58,192 nucleotides of DNA. It comes from Octopus bimaculoides. Lineage: Eukaryota. The DNA is taken from positions 40,168,546 to 40,226,737 of the forward strand of contig NC_068990.1 in assembly GCF_001194135.2 (NCBI RefSeq), written 5' to 3'. Within the stretch, counting starts at the first letter, position 1, and each line of letters starts with the position of its first letter. The notes under the pieces were generated by a model. The model saw only the letters and a program-made list of their open reading frames with translations. It searched no databases and was not told where the DNA came from. Of this stretch, positions 39,200-52,039 are shown piece after piece. The position numbers and the translations under genes are program-made.

Positions 39200-39720
39200 A
39201 GAGTTACTCAAAATAGACATCGTCACCTTTCACCACGACCTCAAGGCGGCTCCTGAACCTGGTGCTTTCATTCCTCACTGTGTCTCTAGGAAGAACGAAC
39301 ACCTTGATCATGACTATCAGCACAGAATTGATGTTGCATGCAGAGCGCTTGGTGTCCTCAACCGTGCTATACACATAATAACTTATGAATTCATAAACGG
39401 AGGAAATCCGAGGCTAGAGACTGGGGTTGGTTAAGTTGTAGAAATTCTCCGACAAGCATTTCTGACTCTTTCCGGAAGTATTGCAACGAGCCGAATCCTG
39501 CTGCCATATATATGGCCTTCCAGTAGCAACTCTCACCAGCCAGGGATTGACCACAGTTTCCAGCAGTTTCAGATAACCATCTCAATTGAACTTAAGACCT
39601 TGCTCAAAGACGTGGAGAATTTTGGTATGCAGTTGCAGTCAGAACGCCCGCTCTATCCCTTCCTGTTGACCACGGATACCTAGTTTCCGTTACAACCGTA
39701 CGTATCACGTCTCATGGCCT
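39200..39720 (+). mobile_element. Highly decayed RTE-like LINE fragment
   Basis: HCVSRKNEHLDHDYQHRIDVACRALGVL resembles the RTE post-RT motif LS...IDDEIQHRI..AS.AFG.L; the rest is only weakly similar. Confidence 0.45.
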
Positions 39721-40112
39721 TTACAGTGTTCATAGAGCTTGAGCAGCAGTCATGATGTCGGTATTTTGACATCTAGCGTGAATCATCATGACACAGGTAA
39801 CTATTTTCCAATACTCCGACGGCTTCCAGTTCCCCCAATCCAGTTAACTTTTTCTCAAGTACAGTTTCAATCTTTATGCTCTCCAAAACTATTAACTGTT
39901 CACCCATACATAAAGCAATTACTGAACGAAAAAAAAGGAGACATAAAATGTCGTCAAATTTAGCCCGAAAACCTTAGGGAAAAAAATCCTTAACAAACGC
40001 AATGAACTCTCGTAAGCTGTAAGCATAAATTAAAATTTATTTTCAAGAACTCTGTCGAAGAAAACAATAAACCCTAAAAGATATTTTTACGTTAATTTAT
40101 TTTATCAAATGA

Positions 40113-40447
40113 GCTTACGATCGTGAGGTTGTGAGTTCGATTCTCGGACCAGTCTGCGTGTTGTGTTCTTGAGGAAGACACTTTATTTCTCGTTGCTCCA
40201 GCTCACTCAGCTGTAGAAATAGGTTGCGACGTCACTGGTGCCAAGCTGTATCGACCTTTGCTTTTCCCTTGAATAACACTGGTGGCGCAGGGAGGAGAAG
40301 CTGGTATGCATGGGCGACTGCTGGTCTTCCATTAAAAACAACCCTAGGTTGTGCGTTCGCCGGTGAGGCGACTTTCTGCCCAGACTTGTACCACGAAGGG
40401 GTACCTCTTAGGTACACCTGTGGTCGTTCGTGACCGACGGAGTCGAG
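40113..40447 (+). mobile_element. SINE group M-related: Meta-like domain, distinct body, shared 3' terminus
   Basis: B box gagttcgattctc; gttgtgttcttgaggaagacactttatttctcgttgctccagctcactcagctg; ends cgtgaccgacggagt like the other M copies (cgtaagcgacggagt). Confidence 0.8.
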
Positions 40448-40744
40448 TTATATATATATATATATATNNNNNNNNNNNNNNNNNNNNNNNNNNNNNNNNN
40501 NNNNNNNNNNNNNNNNNNNNNNNNNNNNNNNNNNNNNNNNNNNNNNNNNNNNNNNNNNNNNNNNNNNNNNNNNNNNNNNNNNNNNNNNNNNNNNNNNNNN
40601 NNNNNNNNNNNNNNNNNNNNNNNNNNNNNNNNNNNNNNNNNNNNNNNNNNAGAGAGAGTGAGAGAGAGAGAGAGTGTGTGAGAGAGAGAGAGATAGAGAG
40701 AGATACAGACAGACAGACTGATGAAGAGAGAGGGGGAGAGAGAG

Positions 40745-41120
40745 CAGCATATAAGATACATATATAGCAGCGTCAGCATAAACAGAAGCAGCATCGCCAG
40801 CAGCAATATACGAATATACATCGGATGTTCCGGAAACACCTTCAAACAGCGCCTCTCCAACCACATATCCTCATTTAGGATCCCGGAGAGGCGTTACACC
40901 ACGTTCTTGGCCAACCATGTGTAGCACCTGATGGACGAAGGGACTCCACACCTAATTTCATGGAAGATCCTAGAAAAACCGGGCCTATACAACTCCCGTT
41001 AGGGCCCGTTCACCTTTAGGACGAGAATACTAAAGAACTCCCTCGACCCAAGGAATATCTAAATTCCAGAAAGGAAGTTTTCTGACCTTTCTTGCACTTC
41101 AGGAGATTCCTGCTGAGGTC
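40745..41120 (+). mobile_element. Penelope-like element, GIY-YIG endonuclease remnant
   Basis: IYSSV...YIGCSGNTFKQRLSNHISSFR..RRYTTFLANHV*HLMDEG...ISWKIL...YLNSRKEVF, matching the Penelope C-terminal GIY-YIG pattern. Confidence 0.85.
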
Positions 41121-41235
41121 CTTGGCCCACAAGTCAACTGGGTCGATTAAAGATAACGGTTTAATATATATATATATATATATGTGTGTGCGTATATGTA
41201 TGTATGCATGTATGTATGTATGTATGTATGTATCA

Positions 41236-41747
41236 GGAGTGGTTGTGTGGTAAGTAGCTTGCTTACCAAACACATGGTTCCGGGTTCAGTCCCACTGCGT
41301 GGCATCTTGGGCAAGTGTCTTCTACTATAGCCTCGGGCCGACCAAAGCATTGTGAGTGGATATGGTAGACGGAAACTGAAAGAAGCATGTCGTATATATA
41401 TATANNNNNNNNNNNNNNNNNNNNNNNNNNNNNNNNNNNNNNNNNNNNNNNNNNNNNNNNNNNNNNNNNNNNNNNNNNNNNNNNNNNNNNNNNNNNNNNN
41501 NNNNNNNNNNNNNNNNNNNNNNNNNNNNNNNNNNNNNNNNNNNNNNNNNNNNNNNNNNNNNNNNNNNNNNNNNNNNNNNNNNNNNNNNNNNNNNNNNNNN
41601 NNNNNNNNNNNNNNTAGCGGTTCGGTAAAAGAGACCGATAGAATAAGTAGTAGGCTTACAAAGAATAAGTCCTGGGGGCTATTTGCTCAGCTAAAGGCGG
41701 TGCTCCAGCATGGCCACAGTCAAATGACTGAAACAAGTAAAAGAGTA
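41236..41747 (+). mobile_element. SINE group A, both ends visible, middle in an assembly gap
   Basis: Head ggagtggttgtgtggtaagtagc...gggttcagtcccactgcg at 41236-41400; tail at 41615-41747. Confidence 0.95.
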
Positions 41748-42221
41748 TACCATGTAACCTCGCAATAAATAGTAACAAAGTGGTTACATTGCCGAGTTTT
41801 ACCTCTCGGTGGACACATACAGTAAACCTGATCTGACTAGTTTCTAGTCTAGTTAGAGCATCATAAGAGAAAAAACGCCATATCCTGTCCACAGAAAGGT
41901 GAGTAATATATTACTATTTATAGTGCAAAAAAAAAACAACTTCGGATAATGTTTCACTGTGTCTTTAATATTCATAAAAGTGCATGTGGTGAAGGCGTGG
42001 GTTAATTAATTAAAAATGAGTTACATAGCGTTTCTTTTATACGTAAATAGTAATGATCATTATATAAAAGATTTCAAGTAATTGTCTATAAAAATATAAA
42101 ATTAATTATTCTATAATTGCTCTAGGAGAATATTCGTGTTGTAGTACATTTCATAATGAGCATGTCTCGAAAAAGATACACACCACACCACACAGATTTC
42201 TGTACATACATTCATAAACAT

Positions 42222-42254
<33 letters not shown>

Positions 42255-42676
42255 AGTGTGCTTTGGTGTTTGTATGGGTGTGAGTACGTATGCAACGAGT
42301 ACGTGAGCTTCGTATATCGTCTCTGCCGTTATTGTTGTTGTTGTTGTTACTGCTAATGCGAGGCCATTCCTCACCAAGTCACGACTATTATATATACCAA
42401 CAATACAACCTAACACGTTTCTTTATTAGATCCCCCGATACTTATTATGAAACTCCAATCTCACTAATGTTATTATCAGTTTGTTTTTCTTTTCTATTTT
42501 GGCAGTTGTCGACATCATCATCATCATCAGCAGCAGCAGCAGTATCAGCATCATCATCATCATCGTCGTCGTCGTCGTCGTCGTCGTCGTCATCATCATC
42601 ATCATCATCGATATTTGTAGTCATGCCATCCACCATATTATGGCTATGCTTCTGTATGTGTGTGTACGTGTGTAAG

Positions 42677-42717
<41 letters not shown>

Positions 42718-42904
42718 NNNNNNNNNNNNNNNNNNNNNNNNNNNNNNNNNNNNNNNNNNNNNNNNNNNNNNNNNNNNNNNNNNNNNNNNNNNNNNNNNNN
42801 NNNNNNNNNNNNNNNNNACACACATATATTAGCATACAAACATATATGTATATACACACGGATACAGATACACAGATAAAACGATATACACTTCAACTAA
42901 ATTG

Positions 42905-43600
42905 GGTGGAAGTTAAACTAGATGAAACGTAGTTTGGCTTATTGCCACTGCGAAGCACAATTGAAGCTCTCCTTCTAGCAAGGTAAATGCAGAAATATTT
43001 CTCCAAAAGTAAACAGCAATACTTGGCATTCGTGGAGCTGGAGAAAGCCTGCGACAAGGACCCTCACTTCATGCTCTGATGGAGACTGCAGAATGCAAGG
43101 GTTTACGAGTGACTAGCGAGAACTGTTTAAGGCTGCTCTATATAAGGCGTGAGATAGCAATGAGTACTGCAACAAATTTAGTGTGCAGGCAGAAGTTCAC
43201 AGAGGCTCAGTTCTCGGTCCTCTCCTATTCATCATCGTTCTCCAGGCCATAACAAAGGAGTTTAACACTGATTGTGAATGAGAAATCCTTTGCGCTCATG
43301 ACTTTGCTCGTATATCTGAATCCGTAGTAGAATTAGAAAAGAAATTCCAGATTAGAAGCAAGACCTAGAATCAAAGCTAACTTAGCGAAGACCAAAGTTG
43401 TAGCAAGCAAGAAAACAGGCCGTACCCTAATCCCTTCAGGAAAATGGCTTGATCGATGTATAGAAAATCTGTTGATAGGAATTTTAAACAGTGAACCCTG
43501 TACAAACCATGGACACAGGACAGTAATAAGCACAGAAAGGTTAACAGAGAAAGTACACTTTGTGGCAGATGCACAAGGGCAACAAATAATAATACATAAG
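42905..43600 (+). mobile_element. RTE-like LINE reverse transcriptase, decayed
   Basis: FGLLPLRSTIEAL...YLAFVELEKACD...VHRGSVLGPLLFIIVLQAITKEF...ILCAHD (decayed YADD)...NLAKTKV. Confidence 0.9.
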
Positions 43601-43618
43601 GAATAATACATAAGGAAT

Positions 43619-44004
43619 GTTGTTGGCACTCCGTCGCTTACGACGTCGAGGGTTCCAGTTGATCCGATCAACGGAACAGCCTGCTCGTGAAATTAACGTG
43701 CAAGTGGCTGAGCACTCCACAGACACGTGTACCCTTAACGTAGTTCTCGGGGATATTCAGCGTGACACAGTGTGACAAGGCTGACCCCTTGAATTACAGG
43801 CACAACAGAAACAGGAAGAAAGAGTGCGAGAAAGTTGTGGTGAAAGAGTACAGCAGGGTTCGCCACCATCCCCTGTCGGAGCCTCGTGGAGCTTTTCGGT
43901 GTTTTCGCTCAATAAACCCTCACAACGCTCGGTCTGGGAATCGAAACCACGATCCTATGACCGCGAGTCCGCTGCCCTAATCACTGGGCCATTGCGTCTC
44001 CCCA
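43619..44004 (-). mobile_element. Full-length SINE group M inserted in the RTE remnant
   Basis: A box TGGCCCAGTGA, B box GGTTTCGATTCCC, central module, shared 3' module, (AAC) tail; possible 9-bp TSD ataaggaat/atagggaat. Confidence 0.95.
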
Positions 44005-44237
44005 CATAGGGAATAATACATAGGGGATAATAATACCTAGGGAAAAGCTCAGGAGCAACATTAGAGGTAGTGCATAGTTTTTGTTACCTAAACGCTGAAA
44101 GGCCAGTGTACGAACAGCTATGCTACACGCTAAGAAACGTTGGCTGTGAAGGAAGAGGACATCCGAAGACTAGAAAGAAATGAAGCGAGCATTCACTGCT
44201 TGATGTGCAACGTCAATGTACACATACAAGGTGCAAA
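44005..44237 (+). mobile_element. Continuation of the RTE-like LINE
   Basis: ETLAVKEEDIRRLERNEASIHCLMCNVNVH matches RTE ETWAV..ED.RRLERNE.SM.RWMCNV. Confidence 0.85.
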
Positions 44238-44581
44238 GGTCGTAGGATCGCGGTTTCGATTCCCAGACAGGGCGTTGTGAGTGTTTATTGAGCGAAAACA
44301 CCTAGAGTTCCACAAGGCTCCGGTAGGGGATGGTGGCGAACCCTGTTGTACTCTTTCACCACAACTTTCTCTCACTCTTTCTTTCCATTTCTGTTATACC
44401 TGTATTTCAAAGGGCCAGCCTTGTCACACTCTGTGTCACGCTGAATCTCTCCGAGAACTACGTTAAGGGTATGCGTGTCTGTGGAGTGCTCAGCCACTTT
44501 CACGTTAATTTCACCAGCAGGCTGTTCCATTGATCTTATGAACTGGAACCCTCATCGTCGTAACCAACGGAGTGCCAACAA
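44238..44581 (+). mobile_element. 5'-truncated SINE group M, inverted relative to 43619-44004
   Basis: ggtcgtaggatcgcggtttcgattcccagac...cgtcgtaaccaacggagtgccaaca. Confidence 0.95.
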
Positions 44582-44794
44582 TGTGTATGTATGTGTGTAT
44601 ATAGGTACGTTTGCATGTATGTTTGTATGTATGTGCATATATATATATATGTGTGTGTGAGTGTGTATGCATGTATATGTATATATGTGTGTACGTATGT
44701 ATGTATATATATGTGTGTGTGTGTGTATGTATGTTTGTATGTATGTGTGTATGTTTGTACGTATGTATGTTGTGTGTGTATATATATGTGTGTA

Positions 44795-44932
44795 TGTGTA
44801 TGTATGTTTGTACGTATGTTTGTATGTATGTTTGTATGTATGTGTATATACGTCTGTGTATGTATGTTTGTACGTATGTTTGTATGTATGTTTGTATGTA
44901 TGTGTATATACGTCTGTGTATGTATGTTTGTA
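44795..44932 (+). repeat. 60-bp-period tandem duplication within a TG/TA microsatellite field
   Basis: Lines 44821 and 44881 are identical for their first ~52 nt, including the marker cgtctg. Confidence 0.9.
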
Positions 44933-45611
44933 TGTATATATATATATACGTGTGTGTGTGCGCGCGTATTTATGCATTAATACAGTGGGGATTCAATAGC
45001 CCTTTTTATTAATGAGAGTGACCAACCAAAAGCCTGAAGTCTGTTGAATTTCTTAATCCACATCCCGTCTTCTTTTTATATCTCTCCGCCATATTTACCC
45101 CTTCGTCATTGTAAGCTCTGACCCTAATTCTCCTGTTGAATTACCACGGTTCAGGTAACCCAGGATACTTGGTCCACTGCCCTACTTTACATGCTGCAAA
45201 AGCTGCCCAGACCATGCCAGACTGTTGTACTAGATTCTTTAGGTCAGTCGAACAGAATTACCATTATATTGTGCCAATTTCGGGATAATGAATATTCTCT
45301 CGTCTTTTGATAATATTTTTTCTGTGCACGCGCGTGTGTGTGTGTGTGTGTGCGTGTTGTGAGTGTGTGTGTGTTTGTGTGTGTAGTTATGTATGTGTGT
45401 AGGTATATCAAACGATATTCACATTAAAATTGCAAAACGAAAAGTATAAAACAAAATTGCCTATGTTTGTGTATGCGCATTTGTACATATATGCATGCAT
45501 ACATATATACATATATATATATACGCACACGCACACACATTTACATATACACATGTATCATAAAATGTGTCATAGTCCACCATCATCATAATTAATATTT
45601 TTAGTACTAAC

Positions 45612-45633
45612 AATCTTCTTCTTCTTCTTCTTC

Positions 45634-45712
<79 letters not shown>

Positions 45713-45778
45713 TATTATTATTATTATCATCATCATTATTATTATTATTATTATTAATTATTATTATTATTATTATCA

Positions 45779-45826
<48 letters not shown>

Positions 45827-45866
45827 ATTATTATTATTATCATTATTATTATTATTATTATTATTA
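45612..45866 (+). repeat. (CTT)n followed by long imperfect (ATT)n
   Basis: Direct reading. Confidence 0.97.
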
Positions 45867-45987
45867 TCAAAAGAAATCATTATTATAAATATTAAGTTTT
45901 CTACCACTCATGTTAATATTTCATATGTCTTTGCCATTTGCCTATTATCATTATTATTTCCATCATCATCACCAGCAGCAGCAGCAG

Positions 45988-46047
<60 letters not shown>

Positions 46048-46201
46048 TGTTATTAATTTTCTCTTTAGCGTTTCTTTCGTTTCATATTTCCTTTTGTGGT
46101 GAAATGGAAGGAAAGGAAATGGTTGAAGTGAAATAAAATTCGTGGTAAACATTTTCAAAGACAACAAAAGATTGTACTACGATAAGATGAAGTAAAAATA
46201 T

Positions 46202-46232
<31 letters not shown>

Positions 46233-47768
46233 GTAACGCCGTTAACAACAATAAAGACAAAGAAAGCAACTGAGAAGAGAAAGAAAAAGGCAATAAAAGA
46301 CTGACAAGGGAATGATTTAGCAGAATTTTAAAAATTGAGTCTTTAGGTCTTTGTGGTAAAGAATAGCTTTGATATGTAAAGATAAACATTTGATAGTCAT
46401 TTGTTCATTGGGTGTAATTCAATGAGAACAAGTATACGCGCACACACACACATGCACACATACATAAATTCATACACACACACACACACACACACACANN
46501 NNNNNNNNNNNNNNNNNNNNNNNNNNNNNNNNNNNNNNNNNNNNNNNNNNNNNNNNNNNNNNNNNNNNNNNNNNNNNNNNNNNNNNNNNNNNNNNNNNNN
46601 NNNNNNNNNNNNNNNNNNNNNNNNNNNNNNNNNNNNNNNNNNNNNNNNNNNNNNNNNNNNNNNNNNNNNNNNNNNNNNNNNNNNNNNNNNNNNNNNNNNN
46701 NNNNNNNNNNNNNNNNNNNNNNNNNNNNNNNNNNNNNNNNNNNNNNNNNNNNNNNNNNNNNNNNNNNNNNNNNNNNNNNNNNNNNNNNNNNNNNNNNNNN
46801 NNNNNNNNNNNNNNNNNNNNNNNNNNNNNNNNNNNNNNNNNNNNNNNNNNNNNNNNNNNNNNNNNNNNNNNNNNNNNNNNNNNNNNNNNNNNNNNNNNNN
46901 NNNNNNNNNNNNNNNNNNNNNNNNNNNNNNNNNNNNNNNNNNNNNNNNNNNNNNNNNNNNNNNNNNNNNNNNNNNNNNNNNNNNNNNNNNNNNNNNNNNN
47001 NNNNNNNNNNNNNNNNNNNNNNNNNNNNNNNNNNNNNNNNNNNNNNNNNNNNNNNNNNNNNNNNNNNNNNNNNNNNNNNNNNNNNNNNNNNNNNNNNNNN
47101 NNNNNNNNNNNNNNNNNNNNNNNNNNNNNNNNNNNNNNNNNNNNNNNNNNNNNNNNNNNNNNNNNNNNNNNNNNNNNNNNNNNNNNNNNNNNNNNNNNNN
47201 NNNNNNNNNNNNNNNNNNNNNNNNNNNTAAAAGGAGGCGGATGTGGGAAGTTGAAGATACAGATTGTTGATTGAACCTAATTCAAGTGAGATCTTGCACC
47301 ACCACAAACACCACCACGGCCGCCGCCATTACTACCACTCCTACCGACTATATTCTGTAACGTTTCCAATCTCCAAGACATGGTTATGTCTATGGTGGAC
47401 AGGCATTCCTACTTTATCTTCAGCGAGCTGATGAGAGAAATATTTGTGGGATAAACGACAAACAACCAAGTCTGAGCCAGCGACAAACTAGGTAGTTGAC
47501 CACTCGTTTCTTCCAAAATAGTAGGCGAACTTCTTTCAAATCGTACCTACCGTATAAAAAAGAAGTTGGAGAGTATATTTGATAAATCCCAGAAATGATA
47601 TTCTTGAAAATAAATGATAAATTTGAAGATAATCACGTTTGGAACAGCCTTCGTCGTAGATCTCTTCGATACGAGTTACCTAGAACTAAACAATTACAAC
47701 TACTACAACAAATAAGTAATTTAGTGTCTCGTAATTAAAACAGTATTTAACCTTATATTTACGTTTAG

Positions 47769-47898
47769 ATACTGAATCATTTATGAGAACAGTTGCCTGT
47801 GCTCAGTCCGATCAGTCTATATTGTACAAGTGTTCTCAAGCTGACCTGTTACAGTACATTGTTCCCTCAAAGTCTACCTTGTTCAGTGGTCTAAGTTG
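47769..47898 (+). CDS. Candidate 130-nt internal exon, product unknown
   Basis: Acceptor ccttatatttacgtttag, donor TTG|GTGAGC, open frame TESFMRTVACAQSDQSILYKCSQADLLQYIVPSKSTLFSGLS (phase 1 to phase 2). No homology recognised. Confidence 0.25.
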
Positions 47899-48502
47899 GT
47901 GAGCATTCCATATTTTCTATGGCATTGTTGTTCTAATATTGAGGTGATTGAATCATATGATATTCATTTCGAAAATCTATTAGGAATTTATTGAAACAGA
48001 TCGGATAACATGTTGCCATGGATATAAATATATACGCCTAGTGGGCTGTGCTTGTAACCTAGATTTGATCCTCAGTCGAACGTATTTCTTTTCACGCGTG
48101 TTGCTGATATCCTAGTAACATTTACAAATGATCGATTGTGGGAGTAAAATCTCAGAAGAATCAAATGAAATGAGTTGTAGAAGATACCAAATTTTAGATT
48201 CATTCGATTGATGTTTATCCTTGAATCTATAAGGAGTGACACACACATCTCAGATAGCGATTGATATCTATAGGATAAGATTCATTTCTATAGGAGTTTT
48301 ACGTCATATATGGTAGTTTTAAGGACACAGGGCTTTTGTTAAATCTATGGCGGTTTTATTCATTGGAGTTACTTCTAATTCTCAAATGGAGAAGTTGTGC
48401 ATGACATTATAAACCTAATTGCAAAGTGCTCTGTTTCTAGTACGTTTAATAATCTTATAAATGACCCACCTCCTTTTTATAGTGAAATATATTTTCCACT
48501 TT

Positions 48503-48505
<3 letters not shown>

Positions 48506-48535
<30 letters not shown>

Positions 48536-48913
48536 GGCACTCCGTCGCTTGCGACGTCGAGGGTTCCAGTTGATCCGATCAACGGAACAGCCTGCTCGTG
48601 AAATTAACGTGCAAGTGGCTGAGCACTCCACAGACACGTGTAGCCTTAACATAGTTCTCGGGGATATTCAGTGTGACACAGTGTGACAAGGCTGACTCTT
48701 TGAATTACAGACACAACAGAAACAGGAAGTAAGAGTGAGAGAAAGTTGTGGTGAAAGTGTACAGCAGGGTTCGCCACCATCCCCTGCTAGAGCTTCGTGG
48801 ATCTTTAGGTGTTTTCTCTCAATGAACACTCATAACGCCCGGTCTGGGAATCGAAACCGCGATCCTATGACCGTGAGTCCGCTACCCTAGCCACTGGGCC
48901 ATTGCGCCTCCAC
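48506..48913 (-). mobile_element. Full-length SINE group M with (AAC)n tail and perfect TSD
   Basis: 10-bp TSD ccactttatt at 48496-48505 and 48914-48923; A box TGGCCCAGTGG, B box GGTTTCGATTCCC. Confidence 0.97.
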
Positions 48914-49237
48914 CCACTTTATTAATTACTGATATTTAAGTCGACTAAGTAGTTGTACTTAATTAATAAGAAACACTGAATACATATTTGAGTTATAAAA
49001 ACCTGGAATTTGATTTATTTTCAGCAGTAGAAATAAACAAAACCCACAGCAAGATTAAATATAGCGAAATTAGCGAACATTATTTTTTAGCTGAAGAAGA
49101 AAGCGAAACAACTTACTCAGAACGTTTGTGCTGTATTAGGCTACATCGCAGGAAGTATAGCCTTCGTCATAGCTCGCTTAAAAAGATTTCTGTTTAATAA
49201 ACTAGTTATTAGAGTGCCAACAAGCAACTGTATGCAC

Positions 49238-49493
49238 CAGGAGCCTCCAACCATCGGGCCGCGGACCAGTACCGAAACGCACAGAATGAATAATTTTTAA
49301 GATTTCATTTCTGTTTTATTTTCTATCGCAGACTGCGGGTTATTTTTACATTATACATTTATCATTTATGTAATAATTAAATTATATGTTATGTCACTTT
49401 AATGTGTTTTGTTATGCGCATGATCCCCCGATTCTTGGGAAAATTATTATGCATGAAATAGATGAGTGGTGCAAAAAATGTTGGGAACCGTTA
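49238..49493. mobile_element. hAT/Charlie-type MITE
   Basis: Left caggagcctccaaccatcgggccgcggaccagtacc; right gtggtgcaaaaaatgttgggaaccgtt. Both resemble Charlie/MER1-type ends. Confidence 0.7.
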
Positions 49494-51005
49494 GTTTAGA
49501 CCATTCTTCCTTTGACAAAGTCTGATAAAACGGAAATATTAGGAATTTTTACCCTTGGCTATGACAAGAAAAAATATTACTTAGCCTCTGTTTGTTCTTA
49601 CTCATCATAGTTGGTTATTTATAATGTTGAAGAAAATGGTAATAATAAAACCCAGATTTTTTTTATATTATTGCATCAATCCTTATTATAGCCAAGTCTT
49701 GATCCCCACTTATACTAGCAACAATTTTAAGGCACTGTTATTTCTTTCCGATCTTATTTTATTTATTTATTTATTTATTATTTTGCCACGCGTTCACGTT
49801 TTTAAGGAAAAAAAAAACGGATTTGGGTGATGTTCACGTCCCTCCTGAGAGCTTTTATTTGTTCGGCTAACAACCCAAATCGAGCGAAAAGGTTATAAAA
49901 ACCGTCACAAAGGCTGAGTCATGGTCTTGCTCCGTTCTATCATGTATAGCATAGAGTTATGTCTATTAAACGGTAATACTAAACTATGTTATGGGAATAG
50001 TGTGTTCATCAAAACGACTAAAGCTTTCTTAAAATAAAGCTATAGCGATTTAGTGTAGGCTTAAAGCTATAGTGATTTTGTATAGGCTTAAAGGAGTATT
50101 AGGATTTATTTAGAACTAATTCGATTATAACCTGTAAACATTAAAGAAAACACTTATTACAAAATAAAGGAAAAGGCAAACATGGCGAATCTAATGGTAC
50201 TTCGAATATCTGATTTAAATGCATGGAGCAACACAATACTTATAAACAATAGGTTCGTAGATAGGGTAGAGCTGTGCATGTAGGCATTTAACAATGTTTT
50301 ACAATAAGTGAAATAAAGAATCGACATTGAGTCTCAGAACCATACTAAATGAATTTGAACATTGTGATATTTTCACTATTAAATAAAAGACGCGTAGATA
50401 CTTACTGTAATAGGCCGAAGGGGGATTAAATAATCGATACATTGACAGCTCATCATAAATGTATAGAGAATATATCAACAGAACTAAAGTCATTCGACAA
50501 TAGTTCTATAAGCTACCTATTAACGAAGTTACAGGCTATATAAACCAAAGAACTGTAAACACAGAATAACAATACATCTATAGATAGACAAATGCTAAGA
50601 TGGAGTATGCGTAGAGGTATTATTATTCTTTAAATATGAGTAATATACTTCTTAGCGATAGCTTTAAATATACTTTGATTAAAGATCAATCAAGCGTCAT
50701 GAAACATGATTAAAAGTAATCAGCTAGACCCAACGAAAGGTAAAGTTTTGTTTAGCAGCTATAGGCCTCCAAACAGTTCAACTATAGCCTTATAGATTGT
50801 CTAACAGTGAAGTCACTGACGGTCCAACTATGGAACTATATGTACAGAATGATATGTCCACAGATAGTCTAAGGTTAAACCTATAGATACAGAGGAAGGA
50901 AAAGTGTCATAAGAAGTAATACGACAGACAAGTTGTAAGAGATGAAGACAGATAATTCTATTATGAGGGCTACAGAGAGAGAGAGACAGAGACATACAGA
51001 CAGAC

Positions 51006-51036
<31 letters not shown>

Positions 51037-51927
51037 GAAAGAAAGAAAAAAGAGAGAGAGATGTGTTATAAGGCGTTGTAAGAGTATAGTGAAAGAAGTT
51101 GTTGTCTTTCCTTTTTTTGTTATTGTTGCTTAGCTTCCGGTCAATCCTATGGTTAGAAATATTTCAGCCGTGATAGCCTCGTCTTTTTAGGGATATCTAA
51201 AATTATCTTATTTCTAACATATCCCTTTCTTTTTTTTATTTTAGACGGTATGCAATGATTTGAGGGACATTTGGTTTAGAAATAGTTCTGAGCCATTCGA
51301 CGACGCAGAGGCTCCATCAAATGGCTCACGGAGAGAGTCAGGCTAACGAAGACAGATCAGGGAGCAGTCAGATCTCAGGAAACAAGATATGAGAAAAAGA
51401 TTGAATAAAAGTGGGATGGAGTGTGGGAAAATGATTGGAAGATGGAAATGAATGAACTGGAAATGATATCAGAACGACAGACTAAACAAGAGAGCAAAAA
51501 AGGAGTAACAGACGAGAGAGGGAGAGACTAAGACAAATAGACGGGGAATAGAGAGGAGTAAATAGGAGAGAGAGAAAGCGAGGGAAAAGGTGGGAAGGAA
51601 GGAAATATATATTTTTTATTGAGATCAATATCGCAAGACTTTTAGAATTAAAATTGCCAAAATCATGCGAAGAGATTGAAAACTAGAAAAACAAAATCGA
51701 GGAATTGAAAAGAAAAAAATATCATAAATGTGTTGTTATAAAAATAAATGTTTTCCTAAAGAGAATAGGAAAGGAAATAATAATAAAAATATTGATTTCT
51801 TACATTTTAATATTGATTTCTTTGAAAAAAATATATTAATGGAAATATTAAAAGAGAAATATGATTGTGAGAAATATTGAAATGATAAAATATATGTATG
51901 CATGTGTGTTTGGTGCGCGCGCACGCA

Positions 51928-52039
<112 letters not shown>

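Noticed and set aside
41857-41898. 42-nt frame SIIREKTPYPVHRK ending at a perfect AAG|GTGAGT
   Set aside because: Weak acceptor and no partner exon; consistent with chance.
47427-49115. Hammerhead-like CTGANGA...GAAA cores at ~47428 and ~49091
   Set aside because: Stem II cannot form and the flanking helices are absent.
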